Part shown: one piece after another, positions 8,851 through 17,950 of the stretch | How positions within the stretch are numbered: the stretch's first letter is position 1 | Layout of the letters: each line of letters begins with the position of its first letter | Assembly: GCA_947447995.1 (NCBI GenBank) | Contig: CANFLQ010000001.1 | Span: 25,372-89,371, forward strand | Origin: Bacteroidota bacterium | GTDB lineage: Bacteria; Bacteroidota; Bacteroidia; 2-12-FULL-35-15 | Direction: 5' to 3' | DNA length: 64,000 bases | Notes under the pieces: model-generated | Told to the model about the DNA's origin: nothing | What the model saw: only the letters and a program-made list of their open reading frames with translations | The model's database searches: none | Made by a program: the position numbers and the translations under genes

Positions 8851-10482
8851 TCACTTAACTCTCACAAAAAATACAAATCCATTTTTGCGGTAAATTTCTT
8901 TCAGGTTAGGATATTCCTGATTGACCTCCTCCAAAGCTGTTATTTTACAAACAAAATAAGCAGGCTTATCTATTTTTTCATGTAAAAGCCAATCTATATC
9001 AACACTATTTTTATTCGTTTGCTCCTTTTTTCGGGAATAAAATAAATAAGCATAACTTTTAAAGGCTATCGTTTCAACATAACAATCCTTATCTTGCAAA
9101 TACTGATAAAACTCAATAGCTGCATTTTGAGAATACAATTCTATCCTTGGAGTTATTATAATAGACGCTAAATTTACAGTAAGCAAACTCACAATAAATA
9201 TCCCTATAACACCTTTTTTTAATTGTTTTTTTTTTATAAGCATAAGCATAAAGGCTATTCCTATAATAAGCCCCACTCCTATCCACCATTCCCACCCCGA
9301 CCATTGTACAGTTGCCTTAATATTTTCTAATCCAAATTTATCTTTAATGATATTGGCTTCTATAATTTGTATTTTGTATTTATCCAACAATGGCAATATC
9401 GAAATAACAATACCAATAATGCTTGCAATGGTCATTAAAAGAATACTATTCCACTTTTTCCATTCCAATTCCCCATTCATCATTTTATAGATGGAATATG
9501 CACCCAAATAGCTTAATGGAAAATAACACAAAGATGAATAATGAACTATTTTTGTTTTTACAATGCTGAATAATATTAATACTACCCAAAATAAAATAAG
9601 CATCCATAGTTTAAAATACTTTTGATAGGGTGTATCAAAAGTATTTGTTTTAAAAGCTCTCAATGCAAATACCGACATCGGAAAACAACCTATCAATAAG
9701 ATAATCCAATGATAAAAAAAAGACCCTCCGTGTCCAGAATCTTGAGTACTAAATAACCTAACCTGATACATAAAAAACTCCTTAATAATAGCTGAATTTC
9801 CAGTAGCTATCAATAATAAAAACCATAAGCCACCTACAAAAGCTATGGTAAAACCATAAATGGTAATTTGTTTAATATTTAATACCGGTTCAAATTTTTT
9901 TGATATCCAATAAACAGTTATACATACACCAACAATCAGTACTGATACTGGCCCTTTTGTTAATATACCAAAACCTATAAGCAGTGCAGATAGTAGTAAT
10001 AATCTAATATTCTCATTATTTTTAAAAAGAATGAAATAATAGATGCCCGAAAAAATAAAAAGATTGAACCAGGGATCAATGATGCCTGACTTAAAATAGA
10101 AATGCGGTAAAAACGATCCTACATAAGCTAACACCCATATCCATGCGAATTTTTGGTTATACAATTTTCTGCCAATATTAAAAATTACCAATAAAGTAAC
10201 AACTCCACAAACAGCATTAGGCAAACGTGCCGCAAACTCGTTCACTCCAAACATATTCATTGATAATGCCTGCATCCAAATAAACAATGGAGGCTTTTCC
10301 CAAAAAGGTTGAAAGTTAATCTTTACCGAAAAGTAATTCCCTGTAACAATCATTTCGCGGGCACATTCAGCAAAGTTTATTTCGTCCCAATCAAACAAAT
10401 GAACCGAACCCAAAAACGGAACAAATAGCAACAATGCTATTAAAACAATTAGTAGTTGATTTCGAATTAAGTTTAAATTCAT
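8851..10482 (-). CDS. Polytopic glycosyltransferase of the ArnT/PMT (GT39/GT83-like) family
   Basis: 543 aa with at least 10 predicted TM helices. The N-terminal loop HLFDWDEINFAECAREM...FWEKPPLFIWMQA...NEFAARLPNAV is typical of polyprenyl-phosphate-sugar dependent ArnT-like transferases. Confidence 0.85.
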   Translation of the reverse strand: MNLNLIRNQLLIVLIALLLFVPFLGSVHLFDWDEINFAECAREMIVTGNYFSVKINFQPFWEKPPLFIWMQALSMNMFGVNEFAARLPNAVCGVVTLLVIFNIGRKLYNQKFAWIWVLAYVGSFLPHFYFKSGIIDPWFNLFIFSGIYYFILFKNNENIRLLLLSALLIGFGILTKGPVSVLIVGVCITVYWISKKFEPVLNIKQITIYGFTIAFVGGLWFLLLIATGNSAIIKEFFMYQVRLFSTQDSGHGGSFFYHWIILLIGCFPMSVFALRAFKTNTFDTPYQKYFKLWMLILFWVVLILFSIVKTKIVHYSSLCYFPLSYLGAYSIYKMMNGELEWKKWNSILLMTIASIIGIVISILPLLDKYKIQIIEANIIKDKFGLENIKATVQWSGWEWWIGVGLIIGIAFMLMLIKKKQLKKGVIGIFIVSLLTVNLASIIITPRIELYSQNAAIEFYQYLQDKDCYVETIAFKSYAYLFYSRKKEQTNKNSVDIDWLLHEKIDKPAYFVCKITALEEVNQEYPNLKEIYRKNGFVFFVRVK

Positions 10483-11129
10483 TAAATTTTAAATATAAAA
10501 ATAAGGGATTGTTCTAGCTTTTTTGAGTCGTTTTTTTGAATTAAATAAAATACTATAAGTGTTACAACAACTCCTATTAATGAACCAGCATATATATCTT
10601 CAAAAAAATGTTGTGATAAATAAACTCTGGAATACCCTACTAATATTGCTACAATAAAAAATAAAAATTTAAGTGTATTATTTTTAACAATCAATGAAAA
10701 GGAAAAATAAAGTGCAAAAGCACAGGTGGTGTGCCCAGAAGGAAAACTGTTATATAAAAAATTTTTTACTCCAGGTACAAAATATAAATCATGCAGCCCT
10801 TCAAAATATTTTTTAGGTCTTAACGCATCTGCAAAAACGGTTTGTTTAAGTACCTGAGTAACCAAAGATGCTATGATATTAGAAAGTCCTACTATTAACA
10901 CATACCGATACTTTACAACTAACAACATAATTGCAACTAACAACGCTGTAACTCCATCGCCAAGATAGGTAATGTATGTAAAAAAGGTATCACAAAACGA
11001 GGTGTGAAATGAATTGAAAGTTAGATGTATATTTACTTTAGAATTAAAGGCAATTAAAATACCACCTAATAGTAAAAAAATAAAGTATGGAAATAAAAAA
11101 TAATAATTAGATTTAAAAATAGCTCTCAC
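10482..11129 (-). CDS. PAP2-family membrane phosphatase
   Basis: 215 aa. PAP2 motifs KxxxxxxRP (KQTVFADALRP), SFPSGHT and SRVYLSQHFFEDIYAG. Its stop overlaps the start of the downstream transferase (TAATG at 10480-10484). Confidence 0.85.
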   Translation of the reverse strand: MRAIFKSNYYFLFPYFIFLLLGGILIAFNSKVNIHLTFNSFHTSFCDTFFTYITYLGDGVTALLVAIMLLVVKYRYVLIVGLSNIIASLVTQVLKQTVFADALRPKKYFEGLHDLYFVPGVKNFLYNSFPSGHTTCAFALYFSFSLIVKNNTLKFLFFIVAILVGYSRVYLSQHFFEDIYAGSLIGVVVTLIVFYLIQKNDSKKLEQSLIFIFKI

Positions 11130-11189
11130 ATCTAAAAGTTTAGGCCTGCAAAAATAGCAGTATTAACTCATTGACACAAAAAATAATTT

Positions 11190-12209
11190 TTAATAGGAAC
11201 CGATTACATTTAAGAGTTTTCCTACTTGACTGTCCCAAAGTAATTTTGATGTTTGCATATCTGCTTCTTCATCAGCAAAATCAACAATCATAAGGGATGT
11301 ATCTCCTGTCAAATCATCTTTTTCAATACGGAATTCAAAAAAAGAACCTTCTGGTTTATCTAGCCATTGAAGTCTAACAAATTTTTCGTCTTTAAAATCA
11401 AGCAATCGGGCTTTTTGTTCGCTTCCTTCCCAAAAAAATGTAAATATACCGTCGTGTATATTCACATCGTCAGCAAACCATTCAGATAAACCACTTGGCG
11501 AAGTTAAAAATTCATATAATATTCCAGCTGATGTACGCACAACGTACTCTAGTTCAAATTTGCCTTTTGGCTCCTTTTTAGGAAGAACTTTTGATGGTTT
11601 GTTGCCAATACCAGCTAAACTTAAAGCTGCCATTGGATTTGTAAACGTTCTAAGTTGTTTAGGTACTTTTACAGGTTTTTTTAAGCGTTTAGTACTACTG
11701 ATTAATTGCTCAATTAAAATATCATTCTCAATGATAGGTTCATCTTCATCGCCGCCATTGTTTTTAGGTTTTCGTCCACCTTTTGATTTTTTAGCTGTTT
11801 TTTCTTTAACAGGCTTAGGTACGGATGATTTTTCTGATTTTTCTGATTTCTCTTTTTTAGTTTTTTTTTCAACACTAGCAGACGTAGACTTAGACTTAGC
11901 TTTGGTTTTATCTAAAACTTTATTATTCTTATCTTCTTTTTTTAAGGTTGTGTTTATACTCTCCACTTTAGCAGATTTAATAACCTTTTCAACTTTGTTT
12001 TCAATAATTTTTTTAGTCGCAACTTTTTTAGAAGTGGCGGCGGCTATTTTTATTGCTGGCTTTTTTTCAGTCTTTTTAGCTACAATCTTTTTTGCAGACT
12101 GATTTGCACCCTTACTTGCTAAGAGTTTTGTAACCTTTGCAGCTGTTTTCTCCACCTTCACAGGGTTGGATACTTTTTTTGATTTTGTGGGTTTAACTGT
12201 TTTTTTCAC
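11190..12209 (-). CDS. Fusion of a Lys/Ala/Ser-rich histone-H1-like region (about 200 aa) with a C-terminal START-like (SRPBCC-type) domain
   Basis: 339 aa. The N-terminal part is low-complexity (AKKIVAKKTEKKPAIKIAAATSKKVATKK, KKEKSEKSEKSS, KGGRKPKNNGG). The C-terminal 125 aa (FELEYVVRTSAGILYEFLTSPSGLSEWFADDV...) looks like a globular START/AHSA1-like fold. Confidence 0.7.
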   Translation of the reverse strand: MKKTVKPTKSKKVSNPVKVEKTAAKVTKLLASKGANQSAKKIVAKKTEKKPAIKIAAATSKKVATKKIIENKVEKVIKSAKVESINTTLKKEDKNNKVLDKTKAKSKSTSASVEKKTKKEKSEKSEKSSVPKPVKEKTAKKSKGGRKPKNNGGDEDEPIIENDILIEQLISSTKRLKKPVKVPKQLRTFTNPMAALSLAGIGNKPSKVLPKKEPKGKFELEYVVRTSAGILYEFLTSPSGLSEWFADDVNIHDGIFTFFWEGSEQKARLLDFKDEKFVRLQWLDKPEGSFFEFRIEKDDLTGDTSLMIVDFADEEADMQTSKLLWDSQVGKLLNVIGSY

Positions 12210-12360
12210 CTTGATAGTATTGATAGTATTAATTCTGTTTTTACACTATTAATTTCACTAAATAAACAAAATTTACGCAATGTATAAAAAAAAAGAATTA
12301 GTTTGTAAACAGAATTGCATTAAAATTTTAAGCCGCTGTATTATGTAATAAGATAAATAC

Positions 12361-12368
12361 TATATTTG
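12361..12368 (+). promoter_or_regulatory. Bacteroidota-type -7 promoter motif upstream of tRNA (CAU)
   Basis: TATATTTG matches TAnnTTTG and lies 19 nt upstream of the tRNA 5' end. Confidence 0.4.
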
Positions 12369-12386
12369 CATCCTCAAAAAATAAAT

Positions 12387-12460
12387 GGCGAGGTAGCTCA
12401 GATGGTTAGAGCGCAGGATTCATAACCCTGAGGTCTCGGGTTCAACTCCCGATCTCGCTA
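12387..12460 (+). tRNA. tRNA-Met: tRNA with anticodon CAU (elongator Met, or Ile2 if lysidine-modified)
   Basis: Acceptor GGCGAGG pairs with TCTCGCT (two G-U pairs). D arm GCTC-AGATGGTTA-GAGC. Anticodon loop TTCATAA. T arm TCGGG-TTCAACT-CCCGA. It lacks the three G-C pairs and the 1:72 mismatch of initiators. Confidence 0.9.
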
Positions 12461-12468
12461 CGCAAAGA

Positions 12469-12491
12469 CCCCTGATTTTCAGGGGTTTTTT
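12469..12491 (+). terminator. Rho-independent terminator after tRNA (CAU)
   Basis: CCCCTGA (12469-12475), loop TTT, TCAGGGG (12479-12485), then TTTTTT. Confidence 0.8.
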
Positions 12492-12610
12492 ATTTATTAA
12501 TAACCACCATTTTTTATAAGTGTGATGATAAATGTTGAGTAGTAATCAAAATTTGTTTGTTACCTATAAAACAAGTAATTTCGCAAATAAAAACTATAAA
12601 ATAAAAAACA

Positions 12611-13930
12611 ATGGAAAATACATCTGTTATGAAAGTTGAAAAATACAAAGTAAAGGATATGTCCTTAGCTGAATGGGGTCGTAAAGAAATAAAGTTAGCG
12701 GAAGTTGAAATGCCTGGTTTAATGGCGCTTCGTGCTGAATTTGGTGCGTCAAAACCATTAAAAAACGCACGTATTGCAGGTTGTTTACACATGACTATAC
12801 AAACGGCTGTTTTAATCGAAACATTGGTAGAATTGGGAGCCGAAGTTACTTGGTCGTCATGTAATATATTCTCTACACAAGATCATGCTGCCGCTGCAAT
12901 TGCTGCAGCAGGTATTTCTGTTTATGCCTGGAAAGGTATGAATGAAACAGAATTTGACTGGTGTATTGAACAAACATTGTTTTTTGGAGAAGATCGTAAA
13001 CCGTTAAACATGATATTGGACGATGGTGGCGACCTAACAAATATGGTATTTGATAGATTTCCTGAATTGATTAAAGATATTAAAGGACTTTCGGAAGAAA
13101 CTACTACAGGTGTTCACCGTTTATATGAGCGTATGAAAAATGGCACACTGCACATTCCTGCTATTAACGTAAATGACTCTGTTACTAAATCTAAATTTGA
13201 TAACAAATACGGTTGCCGCGAATCATTAGTAGATGCTATCCGCAGAGCTACGGACATTATGCTTGCAGGTAAAGTGGCTGTAGTTGCGGGTTACGGAGAT
13301 GTTGGAAAAGGTTCGGCAGAATCATTAAGTTCGCAAGGGGTACGTGTAATTGTAACTGAAATTGATCCTATTTGCGCATTACAAGCGGCAATGGATGGTT
13401 ATCAAGTCCAAAAAATGGACAGAGCAATAAAAGAAGCGGATATTGTTGTTACAGCAACTGGTAATAAAAACATAATTACAGATCGTCATTTTAAAGCAAT
13501 GAAACACAATGCCATTGTTTGTAATATTGGACACTTCGATAACGAAATTGATATGGCTTGGTTAAACAAAAATCATGGTGCATCAAAAGATGTTATTAAA
13601 CCTCAAGTTGATAAATATACTGTTGATGGTAAAGATATTATTGTTCTTGCCGAAGGTCGTTTGGTAAATTTAGGTTGCGCAACAGGTCATCCATCATTTG
13701 TAATGAGTAACTCTTTTACCAATCAGGTATTGGCTCAATTAGAGTTGTGGATGAATACAGATCAATACGAAAATAAAGTTTACGTACTTCCAAAACATTT
13801 GGATGAAAAAGTTGCACGTTTACATCTTGCAAAAATAAGCTGTGAGTTAGATGTTTTAACAACTGAACAAGCAGCTTATATTGGTGTTTCAGTTGAAGGT
13901 CCATTCAAATCTGATGCTTACAGATATTAA
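12611..13930 (+). CDS. ahcY: Adenosylhomocysteinase
   Basis: 439 aa. [32 protein letters not shown]-binding [10 protein letters not shown], and the C-terminal SDAYRY tail are highly characteristic. Confidence 0.97.
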   Translation: MENTSVMKVEKYKVKDMSLAEWGRKEIKLAEVEMPGLMALRAEFGASKPLKNARIAGCLHMTIQTAVLIETLVELGAEVTWSSCNIFSTQDHAAAAIAAAGISVYAWKGMNETEFDWCIEQTLFFGEDRKPLNMILDDGGDLTNMVFDRFPELIKDIKGLSEETTTGVHRLYERMKNGTLHIPAINVNDSVTKSKFDNKYGCRESLVDAIRRATDIMLAGKVAVVAGYGDVGKGSAESLSSQGVRVIVTEIDPICALQAAMDGYQVQKMDRAIKEADIVVTATGNKNIITDRHFKAMKHNAIVCNIGHFDNEIDMAWLNKNHGASKDVIKPQVDKYTVDGKDIIVLAEGRLVNLGCATGHPSFVMSNSFTNQVLAQLELWMNTDQYENKVYVLPKHLDEKVARLHLAKISCELDVLTTEQAAYIGVSVEGPFKSDAYRY

Positions 13931-13951
13931 ACTGAAGTAATAATTAAAAAA

Positions 13952-13986
13952 AACGCTTTTAGCCTTTTGCTAAAAGCGTTTTTTTT
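13952..13986 (+). terminator. Rho-independent terminator after ahcY
   Basis: A perfect 12-bp stem, AACGCTTTTAGC (13952-13963) with GCTAAAAGCGTT (13969-13980), loop CTTTT, then a T-run. Confidence 0.75.
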
Positions 13987-14032
13987 ATGCGTATAAACGC
14001 AAATGAACAAAATATCCAACACCTATTTTTCT

Positions 14033-14040
14033 TATCTTTG
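14033..14040 (+). promoter_or_regulatory. Candidate TAnnTTTG promoter motif for ribBA
   Basis: TATCTTTG lies 15 nt upstream of the ATG at 14055, implying a very short leader, which is common in Bacteroidota. Confidence 0.3.
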
Positions 14041-14054
14041 TGTAAATATAAAAA

Positions 14055-15272
14055 ATGATGAATTCTGTATTAAATACTATTGAAGATGCAATTGTTGACC
14101 TAAAGGCTGGCAAGGTAATAATTGTGGTGGACGATGAAGATCGTGAAAACGAGGGTGATTTTATTACCGCGGCAGCCAATGTTACTCCCGAAGTTATCAA
14201 TTTTATGGCTACACATGGGCGAGGGCTTATATGTGCGGCACTTACAGAAAAACGCTGTGAGGAACTGGATCTTGAAATGATGGTAAGTAACAATACCTCA
14301 CAAAATACCACTGCATTTACTGTTTCAATAGATTTATTAGGTTATGGATGTAGTACCGGAATTTCGGCAAGCGACCGCTCAAAAACCATTCAGGCATTAA
14401 TTAATCCCAACATTAAACCCGAAGAATTTGGTAAACCTGGACATATTTTCCCTTTAAAAGCCAAAACCGGTGGAGTTTTAAGAAGAGCTGGGCATACTGA
14501 AGCTACTATTGACTTTGCCAGATTAGCTGGTTTTGAACCTGTAGGTGCGCTTGTTGAAATTATGAATGAGGATGGCACCATGGCTCGATTACCACAATTG
14601 ATTGAGATTGCTAAAAAATTTGATTTAAAAATTGTTTCAATTGAAGACCTTATAGCTTACCGTATAAAAAACGAAAGCATTGTTGTAAAAAACGTACAGG
14701 TAAAAATGCCAACAAAGTGGGGTAATTTTGATTTGGTTGCATACAAACAAACTACTAATGAACAAGAACACCTTGCTTTAATTAAAGGTAGTTGGAACGC
14801 AGACGAACCTATATTAGTACGTGTACATTCTTCTTGTTTAACAGGGGATGTTTTTGGATCATGTCGCTGCGATTGCGGTCCTCAACTACAAAAATCAATG
14901 GAAATGATTGAGAAAGAAGGCAAGGGTGTTATTGTATATATGAATCAAGAAGGGAGAGGAATTGGTTTAATAAACAAATTAAAAGCCTACAAACTACAAG
15001 AAGAAGGGCTAGATACCGTTGAAGCTAATTTAGAATTAGGTTTTTCAATGGATGAACGCGATTATGGTATAGGGGCACAAATATTACGTGATTTGGGAAT
15101 TTCTAAAATTCGCCTGATGAGTAATAATCCAAAAAAACGTGCAGGACTTATTGGATACGGTCTTGAAATAGTTGAAAACATTGCAATTGAAATAGAATCC
15201 AATGAACACAATAAATTTTATCTGCAAACAAAACGCGATAAAATGGGACATACAATTAAAGTGGACAAATAA
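14055..15272 (+). CDS. ribBA: Bifunctional 3,4-dihydroxy-2-butanone-4-phosphate synthase / GTP cyclohydrolase II
   Basis: 405 aa. The DHBP synthase half has [12 protein letters not shown] and GHTEA. The GCH II half has the zinc motif CRCDCGPQL and EGRGIGL. Confidence 0.97.
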   Translation: MMNSVLNTIEDAIVDLKAGKVIIVVDDEDRENEGDFITAAANVTPEVINFMATHGRGLICAALTEKRCEELDLEMMVSNNTSQNTTAFTVSIDLLGYGCSTGISASDRSKTIQALINPNIKPEEFGKPGHIFPLKAKTGGVLRRAGHTEATIDFARLAGFEPVGALVEIMNEDGTMARLPQLIEIAKKFDLKIVSIEDLIAYRIKNESIVVKNVQVKMPTKWGNFDLVAYKQTTNEQEHLALIKGSWNADEPILVRVHSSCLTGDVFGSCRCDCGPQLQKSMEMIEKEGKGVIVYMNQEGRGIGLINKLKAYKLQEEGLDTVEANLELGFSMDERDYGIGAQILRDLGISKIRLMSNNPKKRAGLIGYGLEIVENIAIEIESNEHNKFYLQTKRDKMGHTIKVDK

Positions 15273-15474
15273 AAAGGATAAAAAAACAATAGAGAGCGTG
15301 TAAATAATTTTAGGTAAAGGGTTAATTTCCCCCCCCATAAAAAAAGCCTGTTCAATTTACAAAACTTCTACACTTATCAGTTGGAACAGTTTTAGGATAA
15401 TCAAAGATAACGCCTCTTAAATTTACTCCGTTTTATCGTCGTATTTTCTTCTTTTATAGGTGCCGTAGAAAGTA

Positions 15475-17883
15475 TTACAATCCTTTTATTTTTGCAATAA
15501 TACTACTAGTAATAGTAGTAAATAATACGATTGAAATAGAACTAATAGGCATTAAAATGGCTGCAATCACAGGAGATAATTCACCTGAAACAGCGTACCA
15601 AAGTCCAATAAAATTATATAGCAATGAAATTACAAAACTTGCAATAATTACTTTTTGACCAGTATGGGCAAATTCTATAAATGTTTTTAAATCATTAAAC
15701 TTTAAACTATCCAATATTACATCACAAGCTGGAGAAAAATTATTTAGGTTGTCTGAAACAGAAATACCTATATCACTTTGTTTTAAAGCTCCAGCATCAT
15801 TCAATCCATCACCTATCATTGCTACCTTATGATTTTTAAACTGAAGTGCCTTAATATAATTCAATTTATCACTTGGTGATTGCTTAAAATAAAAAGAAGT
15901 GTTTTCATTAAATATTTCCCTAAGCGTTTTTTCTTCCGCATCATTATCACCTGAAAGGATTGCCATAGAATAGTTACTTTCAAGCGATTTTACCAATTTT
16001 TTTAATCCAATTCGGTATTGATTACGAATAGTAAAATTTCCAAAGTAAATGTTATCAATCTTTAAGTATACGCAACTGGCAAAATTTTCAATTTTATTAG
16101 TTATGCCTTCGTCTAAAATAAAACTATAAGAACCTAACTTTAAAAAAAATCCGTTAATTTCCGCTTCAATACCTTTTCCAGGATATTCTTTAAAATTATT
16201 TACTGAAAAAATATCCGAAAAAGGCAAATATCCTAAAATACTATTGCTTAAAGGATGCGTTGATTGAATAACCAATGATCTTACTAACTTTAAATGTTCT
16301 AAATCTAAATATTTTCCATCATAATTAACTATAGATTTATTATTTTGAGTAATTGTTCCTGTTTTATCAAATACGATAGTATCAATATTTTTAAGCTTTT
16401 CAATTATATCAGCATTTTTAAGGAAAAATCTATTTCTACCATAAATTCTTAAAATATTTCCATTTGTAAATGTAGAAGATAAAAGAAGCGCACATGGACA
16501 AGCAACGATTAAAACTGCTGTTAAAGCATTTAATGCCCGATAAAAATCGGTATTTACCCAAAATAGAAATCCTCCAATCGCTAATGCAAATAGCAGAAAA
16601 GTAAAGTATTTACTCACTTTATGAATAAAAGAATCGTTATTATTTTCAATTTTTTTAAAAGTATCATTATTCCATAATTCGGTAAGATAACTTTGGGATA
16701 CTTCTTTTATCACTTCTAATTCGATAGCACTTCCAACCTGTTTTCCCCCTGCATAGACTATTTCTCCCAATACTTTTCTAATTAAAGCCGACTCCCCTGT
16801 AACAAAACTATAATCAATGTTGGCTTCGCCTTTAAATAAAATAGCATCTGTGGGAATTAATTCGTTATTACGGATACTAATCCTATCCCCTACTTTAATA
16901 TTTAAAACTGGAATAACTTTACTTTCACCATTTTTTATTAAGGTAACAGAAACTGGGAAATATGATTTATAATCACGCTCAAAAGATAATGCATCGTATG
17001 TTCTATTTTGAAAATATCTGCCCAAGAGCATAAAAAACACTATTCCACTCATAGAATCCATATAACCTGCGCCAGTACCACTTACTATTTCATAAAAACT
17101 TCGGGTAAACGTAATTAGGATTGCCAAGGCAATTGGCGCATCAATATTGATTATTTTTTGCTGAAAGCCTTTCCAAGCTGAAATAAAAAAATCAGATGCA
17201 CTATATAAAAAAATAGGAATGGATAAAAATAGAATAATATAGGTAAATAAATATTTTAAACTTGTATCATAAAACTGCCCGCCCGAAAAATACTCTGGCA
17301 AACTTAACATCATAATATTTCCAAAACAAAAACCTGCTAAACCTATTTTATAGATTTGATTTCTATTATAATTACCTCCCTTTTTTGTTTCTAAATCGCT
17401 TAAATTAATTTGAGGTTCATACCCAACAAAGGCTAGTAGTTCAACTATTTCCCGTAACGTAATTTCACTCTCATTATAAAAAACACTCACTTCTTTTTTA
17501 GGGAAATTAACTTGAGAACTTATTACAGATGAATTTATTTTATATAAATTTTCCAACAACCAAATGCACGAACTACAGTGCATTTGAGGAAGAAAAAATG
17601 TAACCCGGCTTTGCTTTCCATTGGTAAACGAAATAAGTTTATGTTTTACTTTTTCATCATCTAAATAGGCAAATTTTTCAGCTATAAACTTCCCTTTTGC
17701 ATTAATACCTGGAGTTTTGGATATATCGTAATATTTGCAAAGATTGTTTTCATTTAAAATTTCATAAACAAGTTTACAACCATCGCAACAAAATTGCTTT
17801 TCTTCCAAATAAACTGAGTCATCGCAGTTTTCACCGCAATGATAACAAGTGGTTGTAATTTTTGTGTGTATGTTGGTATTCAT
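15475..17883 (-). CDS. ccoI: Heavy-metal (Cu) translocating P1B-type ATPase, FixI/CcoI-like
   Basis: 802 aa. N-terminal CYHCGENC...FCCDGCKLVYEIL metal-binding module, HMA-like CSSC, TM CPC motif (VACPCALLLS), phosphorylation site FDKTGTIT, and hinge GDGLNDAGAL. Confidence 0.85.
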   Translation of the reverse strand: MNTNIHTKITTTCYHCGENCDDSVYLEEKQFCCDGCKLVYEILNENNLCKYYDISKTPGINAKGKFIAEKFAYLDDEKVKHKLISFTNGKQSRVTFFLPQMHCSSCIWLLENLYKINSSVISSQVNFPKKEVSVFYNESEITLREIVELLAFVGYEPQINLSDLETKKGGNYNRNQIYKIGLAGFCFGNIMMLSLPEYFSGGQFYDTSLKYLFTYIILFLSIPIFLYSASDFFISAWKGFQQKIINIDAPIALAILITFTRSFYEIVSGTGAGYMDSMSGIVFFMLLGRYFQNRTYDALSFERDYKSYFPVSVTLIKNGESKVIPVLNIKVGDRISIRNNELIPTDAILFKGEANIDYSFVTGESALIRKVLGEIVYAGGKQVGSAIELEVIKEVSQSYLTELWNNDTFKKIENNNDSFIHKVSKYFTFLLFALAIGGFLFWVNTDFYRALNALTAVLIVACPCALLLSSTFTNGNILRIYGRNRFFLKNADIIEKLKNIDTIVFDKTGTITQNNKSIVNYDGKYLDLEHLKLVRSLVIQSTHPLSNSILGYLPFSDIFSVNNFKEYPGKGIEAEINGFFLKLGSYSFILDEGITNKIENFASCVYLKIDNIYFGNFTIRNQYRIGLKKLVKSLESNYSMAILSGDNDAEEKTLREIFNENTSFYFKQSPSDKLNYIKALQFKNHKVAMIGDGLNDAGALKQSDIGISVSDNLNNFSPACDVILDSLKFNDLKTFIEFAHTGQKVIIASFVISLLYNFIGLWYAVSGELSPVIAAILMPISSISIVLFTTITSSIIAKIKGL

Positions 17884-17950
17884 TTGTTTATAATTTAACC
17901 ACGTTATAATAATGGCAACGAAGTTATTTTATTATCATTGAATTCAAATT

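Noticed and set aside
11560-12102. 180-aa plus-strand ORF rich in Phe/Leu/Ser
   Set aside because: It is the antisense shadow of the Lys-rich (AAR codon) region of the H1-like/START-like gene. TTY/YTT codons simply mirror AAR.
12493-12610. Looked for a SAH riboswitch upstream of ahcY
   Set aside because: The leader is AT-rich with no GC-rich pseudoknot-type helices. The 92-aa minus-strand ORF 12514-12792 overlapping it is also judged spurious.
13931-14054. Looked for an FMN riboswitch upstream of ribBA
   Set aside because: The 124-bp spacer is mostly the ahcY terminator plus AT-rich sequence. It is too short and lacks the conserved GC-rich FMN aptamer helices.
15084-15338. 84-aa minus-strand ORF starting at the G8 tract
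   Set aside because: It overlaps the 3' end of ribBA by about 190 nt in antisense, has no motifs, and starts inside a homopolymer. It is likely an artefact.
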